Below are positions 9,171 through 19,742 of a stretch of 64,000 nucleotides of DNA, piece after piece. Within the stretch, counting starts at the first letter, position 1; every line of letters starts with the position of its first letter. The translations under genes and the position numbers were made by a program. The notes beneath the pieces are model-generated. The model made no database searches, was not told the origin of the DNA, and was given only the letters and a program-made list of their open reading frames with translations. Origin of the DNA: Promethearchaeota archaeon (lineage in GTDB: Archaea > Asgardarchaeota > Lokiarchaeia > Sigyniarchaeales > SOKP01); assembly GCA_030603385.1 (NCBI GenBank), contig JAUVXW010000015.1, positions 16,704-80,703 on the forward strand, read 5' to 3'.

Positions 9171-11960
9171 GTGAAAGCAAATAATATAATCATTGTCCCA
9201 GAAACTCATTGGGATAGAGAATGGTACCTCCCATTTCAGGAGTTTCGGGCTAGGCTTATAATTATGATGGATAAATTATTAAAGATACTACGAACCGACC
9301 CAAATTATAAAAGTTTCACATTCGATGGGCAAACTATTGTTCTCGAAGATTATCTAGAAGTAAGACCGGAGAGAGAAGAAGAGATTAAAAAATACGTAAA
9401 AGAAGGAAGACTTTCTATTGGTCCTATGTATGTTTTACCTGATGAATTTTTAGTTAGCGGTGAATCATTAATTAGGAATCTTATTATAGGACATCAAATT
9501 GCGAGAAAATTTGGAAGAGTTATGAAAGCAGGATATATCCCTGATCCCTTTGGACATGTAGCACAATTACCTCAAATTATTCAGGGTTTTGAAATCCCAT
9601 CTATATTATTTTGGAGGGGTTTTGGAAATGAATTTAAGGACAATAATTTGAATATGGAATTTATTTGGAATGCACCAGGAAATGCAGCGTCGCTTATAGG
9701 AATTCATTTAATATATGGATATGGTTCATTGGAATCGCTAAATGGAAAATTAATTAAAGGACAATATAAACCAGCTCTCAGAAAAATCAAGTTAAGGATA
9801 GAAAATTTTGAGAAATATATCGCAACTCCTAATGTACTCCTTAATAATGGTTCAGATCATCATGAAGCTCGCCCAGAAATTCCCGAAATAGTAAAACAAT
9901 GGAACATCCTACACCCTGACAAAAAATTAAAACAAGCTGATTTTGAACATTACGTCAATAAGGTTTTAGAGTCAAATCCAAAACTAAAAGAATTTCAAGG
10001 AGAATTAAGAGGTGGAAGATACGCACATTTATTATCAGGAGTTTTTTCCACACGAATGTGGATAAAACAAAGAAATACCTCAATAGAATACCTATATGAA
10101 AAATATTCAGAACCATTATCAACAATTTCATGGATTTTAGATAAACATAATGAATTTATTTACCCAAAGGATTATATATTAGCGGGATTAAAGTGGCTTC
10201 AGAAATGTGCTCCACATGACTCAATTTGCGGATGTAGTGTGGATCAAGTTCACGATGAGATGAAAACTAGGTTTGATTGGGCAGAACAAATAGGAAACGA
10301 AGTTTTCAAGAATTCATTTCTTTATTTATCCGAACTTATTAACATTGATACCAAACATAATGGTCACAATACCTTAATAGTATATAATCCACTTCCTTGG
10401 CAACGTAAAGATATTGTTGATTTTAATACAATTTCGCGAAAAACTAATGGTGAAAAATTTCCGTATAATCTCAAATTAATTGACTTTGAAGGAAATGAAA
10501 TTGAAGCTCAAAATCATGATGTTGAAGAGGAACCTAGATTTACACGAAAGTTAGGTGTTAGTCATAGATTTTCATTTTTAGCGGAAGTTCCTGCATGTGG
10601 ATATAAAGTCTATTATGTTCTTCCAGTTGATTCAGGTTATACTTCCCCTATTGAGGGTGAAATCTTTAAGATAACAAGAGATTTTTTAGAAAACAAATTT
10701 TATAGAATTGATATAAAACCAGATGGTTTTATCACTGTTATTGATAAGGTTTCAGGAGTTACTTATGAAAAAATTTGTGAATTCGAGGATGTAGGAGACT
10801 GGGGAGATGAGTACGATTTTTCTGGTCCCTTAGAAAACCAGACCAATTTAACCTATACAACAGAAGATGTTGCTGTGTTTGATAGATCTGCGTATATAGA
10901 TGGATCAACTCAAAAAACTTATAAACTTAGATTAAATTTAAAGCTTCCTCACTCACTTACAGAAGATCGTTATAATAGGGAAGAGTGGCTTGTTGATAAT
11001 AAAATAACTATATATATCTCATTATATAAAGAGATTAAACGAATTCACTTTAAGATTGAACTTGAAAATAAAAGCAAAGACCATAGAATCCGTGTCTTAT
11101 TTCCTACTAAAATAAAGGCTGACAGAGTTTATGCTGATGGTCATTTTTATGTTGTTCCAAGAATGGTCAAATTACCTAAAGCAGATGATTGGGTTCAAAA
11201 GCCTTTACCTACAAATCATCAAAAGGACTTTGTGTCTGTTAGCGATAATTCAAGAACCTTTGCTGTAATAAATAAAGGATTACCTGAATATGAAGCTATT
11301 ATTAAAGAAAATAACACAATAACTTTTGCTATTACTCTCCTGCGATGTATTGAATGGTTGTCTCGTGATGATTTTATGACACGTAAGTCTCATGCAGGTC
11401 CAGGTTTTAACACCCCAGGGGCACAATGCCTTGGTAAACATAGCTTTGAATTATCGATTACTACTGAATCAAAACCAAACTGGTTAGATTCAGAAATACA
11501 TCTAAGAAGTAAAGAATTTAATAATCCACTTGAACCTCTCTTTCCAGTTATGGTTCATGGTCCCTTAAGAGTTGCAAATAAAGTAATTTTAAGACCATCT
11601 GGAATCATTTCTTACTTTAATAATATTAAAACGAAAGAATTAGATTCATTTTTACCTCCTGTTTTAAGTTTTCTTGCAATTGATAATAAAAGTGTAGTTT
11701 TAAGTGCATTAAAAAAATCAGAGGAAGGAGATTATCTAATTATTAGAGTATATAATATATCCTCAACTTCTCAAACGGCAACATTAACATTTTTCGATAA
11801 AATTTCGATAAAAGATGTTAAAATTGTGAATTTTTTAGAAGAGGCACCTAAACATGAAATTAAGGTAAAAATTAATTATTTTAATAACAACTTACTTGAA
11901 ATAGCATTAGAACCACACGTAATTGCTACATTTAAAGTTAGTCTTGAATTTATAAAGTGA
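9171..11960 (+). CDS. Glycoside hydrolase family 38 alpha-mannosidase
   Basis: THWDREWY, DGQT, PDPFGH, NGSDH, HDSICGCS. Confidence 0.92.
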   Translation: MKANNIIIVPETHWDREWYLPFQEFRARLIIMMDKLLKILRTDPNYKSFTFDGQTIVLEDYLEVRPEREEEIKKYVKEGRLSIGPMYVLPDEFLVSGESLIRNLIIGHQIARKFGRVMKAGYIPDPFGHVAQLPQIIQGFEIPSILFWRGFGNEFKDNNLNMEFIWNAPGNAASLIGIHLIYGYGSLESLNGKLIKGQYKPALRKIKLRIENFEKYIATPNVLLNNGSDHHEARPEIPEIVKQWNILHPDKKLKQADFEHYVNKVLESNPKLKEFQGELRGGRYAHLLSGVFSTRMWIKQRNTSIEYLYEKYSEPLSTISWILDKHNEFIYPKDYILAGLKWLQKCAPHDSICGCSVDQVHDEMKTRFDWAEQIGNEVFKNSFLYLSELINIDTKHNGHNTLIVYNPLPWQRKDIVDFNTISRKTNGEKFPYNLKLIDFEGNEIEAQNHDVEEEPRFTRKLGVSHRFSFLAEVPACGYKVYYVLPVDSGYTSPIEGEIFKITRDFLENKFYRIDIKPDGFITVIDKVSGVTYEKICEFEDVGDWGDEYDFSGPLENQTNLTYTTEDVAVFDRSAYIDGSTQKTYKLRLNLKLPHSLTEDRYNREEWLVDNKITIYISLYKEIKRIHFKIELENKSKDHRIRVLFPTKIKADRVYADGHFYVVPRMVKLPKADDWVQKPLPTNHQKDFVSVSDNSRTFAVINKGLPEYEAIIKENNTITFAITLLRCIEWLSRDDFMTRKSHAGPGFNTPGAQCLGKHSFELSITTESKPNWLDSEIHLRSKEFNNPLEPLFPVMVHGPLRVANKVILRPSGIISYFNNIKTKELDSFLPPVLSFLAIDNKSVVLSALKKSEEGDYLIIRVYNISSTSQTATLTFFDKISIKDVKIVNFLEEAPKHEIKVKINYFNNNLLEIALEPHVIATFKVSLEFIK

Positions 11961-11992
11961 TTAAAGATATGTAGAAGCAGAAAAAGAGTCAT

Positions 11993-13681
11993 TTATAGAA
12001 ATCCATAAGAAGGAAAAAAGACAACTAACATCCAAGAGTAGAAAATGCTTATGAAGATCGTAGATCCTAATATATTGCGCCCCGAATTCATATAAACCCA
12101 GGTAACTGTACAATTTTGTATTATCGAGAAAATAACCCATGCTAATAAATAAAGGGCATAAGGGGGTAAATATGCCAAATTAAGTTTCCCAACAAGTATA
12201 ATTGAAACAATAAGAAAATTATCCATGAAAATTCCAATACCTACCATTGTAAAATATTCATCATATTTATTTGAAGTTTCCAATCGACCTTGAACATTCC
12301 TAAAATAGAATTCTCTAATCAGAAAAAAGGGGAAAGATAATAGAGTTAATAATATCATTTTACCTGCACCTCTTATAGTTGGTAAAGTATTTTGCACGGA
12401 CCAATGCCAAATTGCTGCTATTGACAATATTGATATCAAAGCAATAATAATTCCAAATAATATTGAACGACCAGGTTTTATTGAGCACATTCTTTTAATC
12501 TTTATAAAAAGATCTTTGAAATAGAACTGTTCCTCCCAGTTCAATAAAAGAAAATTATATATTATAAATGATCCAATTGCAGCTCCAATAATGAGTAACA
12601 AAGTTATGCTTGTTGTAGAAAAGGCGAAATCTTCTGTGGAAATGTGTGAAAGAGATAAAAAAAAGGTAATTTGAATTAGTTCTATAGGAATAGTATAGTA
12701 TAATATTAATTTTTTTATCGAAGCTTTTCCTAATCCTTCTAAAATATCTTTCTCAGGTAAATTTACTCTATGCTTAAAAAGATAATTACTAACATAAACA
12801 ACCAATATTGAATTAAGTGCAATAACCCCTACAAGTGAGACATAAGAAAAAATTTGTAAAGCTGTGGCAGTTATGAAAATATTACTCCCCTTTTCCCCAT
12901 GAAAAGCTTGTTCAAACCATTGAATTGTTTGATAGATGATAGCATAATCTACTACTTCAGTTAAATGTCCTGCAAATGGGCTAATAAAGCCTTTAGTGTT
13001 ATTTCCGTCATTAAAATCTCCATAATACAATTCTCCAACTTTTACATCTTCTCTTCCAGTATATGACCTTAAGACTTCAAGGATCTTTTCCTCAGTCAAC
13101 CCAGGATCGTATCTCCCTGATGCTAAAAGAAAATTAGATATATTCATAATGTTTGGGGATACTGCTCCAATAGCTATAGTTGCATTAATTCTATCGGGGT
13201 ACGTCTGTGATAAATCTAGTGCTACATAAGCGCCTAATGAATGACCGACAAGCCCAATTTCTGTAATGTATGATAAATTATATTCCAAGTAATCTATTGC
13301 TGCCTTCATATCTAGAATTAACTTACTACGTTGAAAATATCCTCCAGAAGCCCCATGCCCACGAAAATCAATGTTTATGACCGTAAATCCTCGTTTAACG
13401 AGTTCTATGCTTAAGGGCTGCATATTGAGCTTACTACCAAAAAAGCCATGTCCCACTACTATTCCACCAGGACTTTTTTCTCCTTTTGGTGTGTATTTAT
13501 AAGCACTAATATATACTCCATCCTCCGACTCGAGTGCCAACGGTTTAATCGTGTATAAATTCTTCAATTCGGGAATAAAGGTTAAAATGAGTAATGGAAT
13601 TACACCAATACATACTATTGAGATACTGATGAATAAACCTAATTTTTTCTTATCGGATCTTAAATTTTTTAAGGTTACCAA
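11993..13681 (-). CDS. Alpha/beta hydrolase fused to a multi-pass membrane domain
   Basis: HGF, DFRGHGAS, GHSLG nucleophile elbow; N-terminal TM and many C-terminal hydrophobic helices. Confidence 0.85.
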   Translation of the reverse strand: MVTLKNLRSDKKKLGLFISISIVCIGVIPLLILTFIPELKNLYTIKPLALESEDGVYISAYKYTPKGEKSPGGIVVGHGFFGSKLNMQPLSIELVKRGFTVINIDFRGHGASGGYFQRSKLILDMKAAIDYLEYNLSYITEIGLVGHSLGAYVALDLSQTYPDRINATIAIGAVSPNIMNISNFLLASGRYDPGLTEEKILEVLRSYTGREDVKVGELYYGDFNDGNNTKGFISPFAGHLTEVVDYAIIYQTIQWFEQAFHGEKGSNIFITATALQIFSYVSLVGVIALNSILVVYVSNYLFKHRVNLPEKDILEGLGKASIKKLILYYTIPIELIQITFFLSLSHISTEDFAFSTTSITLLLIIGAAIGSFIIYNFLLLNWEEQFYFKDLFIKIKRMCSIKPGRSILFGIIIALISILSIAAIWHWSVQNTLPTIRGAGKMILLTLLSFPFFLIREFYFRNVQGRLETSNKYDEYFTMVGIGIFMDNFLIVSIILVGKLNLAYLPPYALYLLAWVIFSIIQNCTVTWVYMNSGRNILGSTIFISIFYSWMLVVFFPSYGFL

Positions 13682-13731
13682 ATCTCTTTTTAATCCATAT
13701 TTATTATGTTATAACTTATCGTAAAAGAATT

Positions 13732-13753
13732 TTCAAAACTCATAGAGTTTGAA
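13732..13753. promoter_or_regulatory. Near-perfect inverted repeat in a divergent promoter (candidate operator)
   Basis: TTCAAAACTC-ATA-GAGTTTGAA lies between the divergent starts at 13681 and 13868. Confidence 0.3.
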
Positions 13754-13867
13754 CTTTTCTAGTAATTAAGAATATTGATAATTTGAAATTACTTATATTC
13801 TAGTAAAATCTTTGTTTTATAATTTAGAAGGAATATCATTATTAATCAATACCAACGGTAATACCTA

Positions 13868-14935
13868 ATGAAACTTAATGAATATTTAAAAGAATATAAA
13901 GACAAGATCAACGATGCAATTAAATCTATTTTTGACTTAAAATTAAAAAATATAAAAAATAGATTTTTAGAAGATTATTATTCAGAACTAAAAGATTATT
14001 TCCTAGCCGGGGGAAAAAGGATCCGTCCACTACTATGTATCGCTACATATAATGCATTTAATGAAAGAAGGGATGAAAGAATTGTATTTCCAAGCGTGGG
14101 TACTGAATTTCTCCATAATGCGTCGTTAATACATGATGATATTATTGATAAGGATGATTTTAGACGGGGAAAACCCGCATTCCACTTGAGATTTCGAAAT
14201 TACCATGAAAAATATGAATTAAAAAGAATGATAGCAAGCGATTTCGGTAATTCTATAGGAATTATTGGAGGAGATTCAGCTTTTTTTTTAGGTTTAGAAG
14301 CTTACTTTTTTAACGATTTTAATAGGGAATTGAACTTAAATGCGATAAAATATTATAAGCAAGCCTTTATAGAAATTGCTGATGGGGTTTTAATTGAAAC
14401 TGATATGGTAAACCAAACAGATCTCACCCTTGCTGATTATATCGAAATGATTTCACTAAAAACCGGAGCTCTGATTGAGAAATCGATTTTAATAGGAGCA
14501 AATTATGCAAAAGCAGCTGATGAGTGTATTAATGATCTTTCCATCTATGGTGTAAACCTTGGTATTGTTTTTCAGATAATTGATGATATTTTAGGTACAT
14601 TTGGGGATGAAAAAGTAACTGGAAAACCAACAGATGGCGATATCCGAGAAAATAAATTAACTGCTTTAAAATTAACTGCCTTAGACAATTTAGAAAACTC
14701 AAGTAAAATACAGCTTATTGAATTACTTGAAAATCCTAGTATGACTAAAAATGATGTTCAGGAAGTTAAGGATTTGTTTATTAAAGCAGATGTAGTTAAT
14801 TCATGCAAAGAATTAGCAAACATATACTTTCAAAAAGCAAAATCATCTTTGGATAAATTGAAACCATCTATCAATCAATCTGAAGTAGAATTTTTTGAAA
14901 GTTTATTAAATTTTGTAGTGGAGAGAAAATTCTAA
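13868..14935 (+). CDS. idsA: Geranylgeranyl diphosphate synthase (polyprenyl synthetase)
   Basis: GGKRIRP, first aspartate-rich motif HDDIIDKDDFRRG, KT motif, second motif FQIIDDILG. Confidence 0.9.
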   Translation: MKLNEYLKEYKDKINDAIKSIFDLKLKNIKNRFLEDYYSELKDYFLAGGKRIRPLLCIATYNAFNERRDERIVFPSVGTEFLHNASLIHDDIIDKDDFRRGKPAFHLRFRNYHEKYELKRMIASDFGNSIGIIGGDSAFFLGLEAYFFNDFNRELNLNAIKYYKQAFIEIADGVLIETDMVNQTDLTLADYIEMISLKTGALIEKSILIGANYAKAADECINDLSIYGVNLGIVFQIIDDILGTFGDEKVTGKPTDGDIRENKLTALKLTALDNLENSSKIQLIELLENPSMTKNDVQEVKDLFIKADVVNSCKELANIYFQKAKSSLDKLKPSINQSEVEFFESLLNFVVERKF

Positions 14936-15073
14936 AGAGAAACTATCTCCATGTGATATTTTAATTTTTTTATTAATTTAATATGGAAAAAGATAAGAAC
15001 TAAAAATCATAGAAGAATTATTAAGTTCAATACTATAAATTTTCTTTTATTAAAACTATTGAGATAGAGTTAG

Positions 15074-15622
15074 ATGTTGGTAGCGATTACCGGAGCCACG
15101 GGAGTCGATTTAGCAGTTAAATTTCTAAAAACTCTGAGAGAAAAAAAGATTGAAATTGAACTTATCATCTCTAAAATTGCCGAAAAAATAATAGATATTG
15201 AAACGGATTATAAAATTTCTGATATTCGTAAAATAGCAGATAAAAACTATGATGTAGATAATCTATTATCTCCGCCAGCAAGCGGTTCCTACAAGATAGA
15301 GAGTATGGTTATAATTCCTTGTTCAATGAAAACTTTATCAGCAATAGCAAATGGATATGCAAATAATTTAATTTCAAGGGCAGCAGATGTAATGATCAAA
15401 GAAAAAAGGAAATTAATACTAGTTGTAAGAGAAACTCCATTCAGTGCGATACATCTTGAGAATATGCTTAAATTAGCAAGATTAGGAGTAATTATTTGCC
15501 CCCCAATCCCTTCATACTACATAAAACCTAAAAGCGTTGAAGAACTCATTGAATACACCATAGGAAGGATATTAGACCATATTGGGATTGAAAGTAATAT
15601 AAAAAGATGGGGGACAATATAA
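15074..15622 (+). CDS. ubiX: Flavin prenyltransferase (prFMN synthesis)
   Basis: AITGATG, ASGS, PCSMKTL, RAADVMIKE, RETP. Confidence 0.93.
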   Translation: MLVAITGATGVDLAVKFLKTLREKKIEIELIISKIAEKIIDIETDYKISDIRKIADKNYDVDNLLSPPASGSYKIESMVIIPCSMKTLSAIANGYANNLISRAADVMIKEKRKLILVVRETPFSAIHLENMLKLARLGVIICPPIPSYYIKPKSVEELIEYTIGRILDHIGIESNIKRWGTI

Positions 15623-15684
15623 GAAAGAAAAAGTTGATTATTCAGTTATTAAGATTTAAATGAATAAGGTAAGGGGAATTTTAA

Positions 15685-16092
15685 TTGAAAATGCTCCAAG
15701 ATATTTGGATTCTGTATAAATCTGGAATAGTGATTTTTCATAGAGAATTCAATGAAACTGTATCCCCTCAAGCATTTGGGGCTATGATGAGTGCGTTAAA
15801 CACTTTTGCCGAACAATTAGCTGATGGCGGATTATCCAATTTTGAATTAAATAATAAAAGATTTACAATAATTAAGAAATATGACCTTATATTTATCGCT
15901 AATTCGTCAAAACGATTTAATCAGAAAAAAATTAATCGTGAATTAGAAAAAATATCAAAAAGATTCTTGAAACTCTATTCTGAAAAATTAGAGAATTATA
16001 AAGGCCAGATTGGAGCGTTTACTCAATTTGAAGAGATTATTGTGGATTCTTTAGAAGATAATCCCCAACAATCCGTAGACGAACTTCTCTAA
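15685..16092 (+). CDS. Longin-like small protein
   Basis: IWILYKSGIVIFHR..FGAMMSALNTFAEQL pattern, typical of Asgard longin/roadblock-like proteins. Confidence 0.6.
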   Translation: MKMLQDIWILYKSGIVIFHREFNETVSPQAFGAMMSALNTFAEQLADGGLSNFELNNKRFTIIKKYDLIFIANSSKRFNQKKINRELEKISKRFLKLYSEKLENYKGQIGAFTQFEEIIVDSLEDNPQQSVDELL

Positions 16093-16215
16093 GTTTTTCC
16101 AAGTTTCAATTTTAATTAAGCTCAAGAATAAAAATTGGTCTACTGAACTTTTTAATACAAATGAAAACAATTTTATCTTAATAAGAGTAATCAAATATTA
16201 AAATAGAAAAGTGAA

Positions 16216-16440
16216 ATGAAGGAAATTAAGAAACCCATTTCAGAAAATATTGCATTACAGATATGTGAAGAGGTAAGGGAATGCAATCGTGAAAAAAAAT
16301 TTAGTTTAGCTAAAGTTCAGTGCTGGGGATGTATGAAATATTCAATTAAAAAGAATGATATAAAGCATAGATGTATATTTTCTAATGAGGATAATAGGGG
16401 TTGTCATCTAGTCAACAGAATTTATGATGTAAGATATTGA
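16216..16440 (+). CDS. Small Cys-rich hypothetical protein
   Basis: 74 aa with six Cys, including CWGC. Confidence 0.6.
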   Translation: MKEIKKPISENIALQICEEVRECNREKKFSLAKVQCWGCMKYSIKKNDIKHRCIFSNEDNRGCHLVNRIYDVRY

Positions 16441-16450
16441 AAAAATTAAA

Positions 16451-17569
16451 TTATTGGTTTAACCATCTATACAATTCACCAAGAATAACATACTTATCTC
16501 TTTCACCTTTTAATTTGGCTATTTCGTCTATATTCATTAACCAGAGACATGAACGTAATTCATTTTTTAAGGTTCTTATTTCTTTAATAGTGTGAGAAAT
16601 AGAATTATCTTTTCTATCTTTCCATGCAGATTGGAGAAAGTTATAAGCAAAACCTCCTAAATCAGCACCTAATACAATAGATTTTGCGATATCAATTCCT
16701 GTTCTTAAACCTCCCGTGGCAATTATTAGTTTTTGAGACACATTTCTAACATAAATTATGCTAATAGGTGTGGGGATCCCCCATTCCTTAAATACTTCAG
16801 CTGGATCTCGAGTATATCTTTGATTATTAAGATTTTTACGTTTTGATTCAATTGCTGCGAAACTGGTCCCACCAGCACCTCCAATATCAAAACCATCAAA
16901 ACCAAGTTTATCAAGAATTAAAGCTAATTCCTGGTTAAATCCGGTTCCAACTTCTTTTGCAATTATCGGAATATTGTTTATTTCCCGTAATTTTTGAAAA
17001 TTTTTACGGAAAAGTTTATATGAAAGATCTCCTTTATCTTGAACTAATTCATGTAAAACATTTAAATGAATTGCCATAACATCAGCATTTATCATCTCTA
17101 TACATTTGTTAAAATCCTCTAACTCAAAATTAAGGCTACTAACCTGCCCGATACCAATATTTCCGATTATAGGAATAGTAGGGGCAACATCACGGGTAAT
17201 TTTAAATGAATCTAATAATGTAGGATCTTCAAGTCCTGCACGCTGACTTCCTACACTCATTATAATATTTTCTTCTTCTGCAGCTTTAGCCAAAATTTCA
17301 TTTATTTCTTTTGAGACAGGATGACCACCAGTAATCGCTGAGATACAAATGGGTGCTGAAATTTTTTTATCATAAAACTTCACTGAAAGATCAACTTCTT
17401 CAATATCGACATCTGGAATTGGATGGTGAATCAATTTTATATCACTAAAATAGTTTTTAGAATGTTGTACGTCATGCTCTAATGGTATTTTGAGATGTTC
17501 TAATTTTCTATCCATTATCTCTTTTGAGTCATTCTCCTTTGGCATATTTTTCTTCCCTATTTGAGTCAT
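16451..17569 (-). CDS. fni: Type 2 isopentenyl-diphosphate delta-isomerase
   Basis: RKLEH, AITGG, VGSQR, HLN..HE, KEVG, GGTSF, TGGLRTG. Confidence 0.95.
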   Translation of the reverse strand: MTQIGKKNMPKENDSKEIMDRKLEHLKIPLEHDVQHSKNYFSDIKLIHHPIPDVDIEEVDLSVKFYDKKISAPICISAITGGHPVSKEINEILAKAAEEENIIMSVGSQRAGLEDPTLLDSFKITRDVAPTIPIIGNIGIGQVSSLNFELEDFNKCIEMINADVMAIHLNVLHELVQDKGDLSYKLFRKNFQKLREINNIPIIAKEVGTGFNQELALILDKLGFDGFDIGGAGGTSFAAIESKRKNLNNQRYTRDPAEVFKEWGIPTPISIIYVRNVSQKLIIATGGLRTGIDIAKSIVLGADLGGFAYNFLQSAWKDRKDNSISHTIKEIRTLKNELRSCLWLMNIDEIAKLKGERDKYVILGELYRWLNQ

Positions 17570-17587
17570 TTCACATAAAAATTGCTT

Positions 17588-18409
17588 TTAGTTAATTATT
17601 ATATTTGTACAAATTAATTTTTCATTTTTTAAAGAATTATATATATAATTTTCTTTCAATCCATTTATCAATTGCACAGGAACATTGAATTTACATATCT
17701 GTTTTATAAAATCGATTTTACCTTCAATCCCACCTGTAACATCTATTTTTTTCCCCAAGTCCGCTAAGTCCAAGTCATCTAATTCACTTGAAAATATTTT
17801 AGAGGCCAATTTTATATTTTTATCCTTAGAATCTCCATCATTAATAAAAATTCCATCGGTTTCAATTGCAAAAATAACTTTTGAGACACAATATTTTTGT
17901 AAGTTCTCACATAACTCAGAAATGATCTGATCTCCTGAAATTATAGAAAATGATCCTTGTTTATCAAAAATAATATCTCCATATAAAATGGGTAAGATTT
18001 TAAGATCTAAAGCGGTTTCAATGATGTCAATAGATTTGGCAATGATATTTTCTGCATCTTTTATAAAAATGCTGGAGGGTTGGATTGATAAAACGGGATA
18101 ATTTCGTTCTAAAAATAGGTTTACTAAATAAGAATTAAATTTAATCATAGCTTGATGGGTTTCAGTTAATCCAATAATTTGATTTGGTATAGATTTATCT
18201 AATCCTTTCGAAATATTGTATTTTTTTGCTAAAGGGTGCCCAAATGAGCCACCTCCATGAATCAATATTACTTTTTCGTTAGCATTAATAATTTGTTGAA
18301 TTGTGCTTTTAGCAACCTCCTCTCTGATAAAAAAAGGTTTATTTTTATCAGTTAATAAACTTCCACCTAACTTTAATAGTAAGATTTCATTCTTCCTTTT
18401 CAATTTCAA
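17588..18409 (-). CDS. ipk: Isopentenyl phosphate kinase
   Basis: KLGGSLLTDK, HGGGSFGH, SGD, DVTGG. Confidence 0.93.
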   Translation of the reverse strand: MKLKRKNEILLLKLGGSLLTDKNKPFFIREEVAKSTIQQIINANEKVILIHGGGSFGHPLAKKYNISKGLDKSIPNQIIGLTETHQAMIKFNSYLVNLFLERNYPVLSIQPSSIFIKDAENIIAKSIDIIETALDLKILPILYGDIIFDKQGSFSIISGDQIISELCENLQKYCVSKVIFAIETDGIFINDGDSKDKNIKLASKIFSSELDDLDLADLGKKIDVTGGIEGKIDFIKQICKFNVPVQLINGLKENYIYNSLKNEKLICTNIIIN

Positions 18410-18416
18410 CTATCTC

Positions 18417-19352
18417 TCATCCGATCATAGTTTTCCAGGCATTATATCCTTTACTTTCGATAGCATTAGCAATTTTTACTTGTTTTTCTTCATTTTCCGC
18501 TAAAGCAATAACCAAACCCCCTCGACCAGTCCCTGTCATTTTAGCACCAACAGCTCCATTCTGTAATGCTATTTCAACCAATTTTTCATTCACTTCTCCT
18601 GAAACCGTAATTTCTTGGAGAAGTTTGTGGTTTTGATTCATTAGATCTCCTATAGTAATAATATCCCCATTAATTAATGCATTTTTAGCATCTTCTGCTA
18701 AATTTTTATATTCAGCAAAAATTTTTTCGAATTTAACAGGGTACTTTTCCTTTAAACGTCGAACATCAGCAACAACTTCAGTCGTTGATGCCGTAATTCC
18801 TGTATTTGCTATTACTAAAAACATCTTTTTTAGAGCTTGTAAGAGTTCCATAGTATTTTTACCTCCACTCAAGTTTTTTTTAAACCAAATTAACCCGCCA
18901 TAAGTGGAAGCTGTGTTATCAATTCCAGAAGGGGTTCCGTGGTAAGATTTTTCTCCTTCATATGCCGCTTCATTTATTTTTTCATCCTCTAAATCAAGAT
19001 TAAAAGTATCATTAAGGGCACGAGCTAAAGATGTGCATTGAGCTGCAGAAGCCCCAACGCCACTTGCAGCAATTAAATTACCGCTAAAGGTTATTTCAAG
19101 TTTCTGATTTTTTGTATCTATTTTTAAATAATCAATAACGTTTTGTACAGATTGCATCGCCTCATCGTATTTTTGCTTTTTATAACCAGGAGTTGCTGAT
19201 CTCTGATCGTCAACCGTCCATCCATTTCCCTCAATAACTTTAACATCCGCTGTTGTGTAGGACCCTAACGCCGATGCTATTGCAGATAGTCCATAAACTA
19301 CAAAATGTTCACCGAACAAGATCGTCTTTCCGTATCCCTTTCCTGAACCCAT
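18417..19352 (-). CDS. mvk: Mevalonate kinase
   Basis: GKTILFGEHFVVYG, GVGASAA, HGTPSGIDN, KMTGTGRGG. Confidence 0.95.
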   Translation of the reverse strand: MGSGKGYGKTILFGEHFVVYGLSAIASALGSYTTADVKVIEGNGWTVDDQRSATPGYKKQKYDEAMQSVQNVIDYLKIDTKNQKLEITFSGNLIAASGVGASAAQCTSLARALNDTFNLDLEDEKINEAAYEGEKSYHGTPSGIDNTASTYGGLIWFKKNLSGGKNTMELLQALKKMFLVIANTGITASTTEVVADVRRLKEKYPVKFEKIFAEYKNLAEDAKNALINGDIITIGDLMNQNHKLLQEITVSGEVNEKLVEIALQNGAVGAKMTGTGRGGLVIALAENEEKQVKIANAIESKGYNAWKTMIG

Positions 19353-19742
19353 TTATTTTACCTCCACAGTTCCCTCTGAGCCATTGACGATGACAATCTG
19401 TCCAGTGTTTATGTTATTAATATCAATTTTATCAACACATGGGATTTCACTGATAATACATCCTACTGCTATGATAGTATCAATCTGTTTATTAACAATT
19501 GCAACGGGAGCTGTGTTATTTTTCTTCATTCTATACAATGTATATGATCCTACTGTCGATCCTTTACCAGTGGGAAAAACTAAAACTTTCCCTGTTATAG
19601 ATTGACCTTCAAGTTCGTGTCCGACCTCAACCACCTTACCTGTATCAGGATCAACACCCCCATAAAATGAAATTCCATCTTTAGTAACAATTGCTTCTGC
19701 TTCAGCAATTCCTTTAAATATTTTTCTTCCTGATAACTTCAT
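19353..19742 (-). CDS. Phosphomevalonate dehydratase small subunit (AcnX swivel domain, DUF126)
   Basis: ISFYGGVDPDTG, GKGSTVGSY; the likely start ATG at 19742 follows GGAGG and overlaps the upstream stop (ATGA). Confidence 0.9.
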   Translation of the reverse strand: MKLSGRKIFKGIAEAEAIVTKDGISFYGGVDPDTGKVVEVGHELEGQSITGKVLVFPTGKGSTVGSYTLYRMKKNNTAPVAIVNKQIDTIIAVGCIISEIPCVDKIDINNINTGQIVIVNGSEGTVEVK

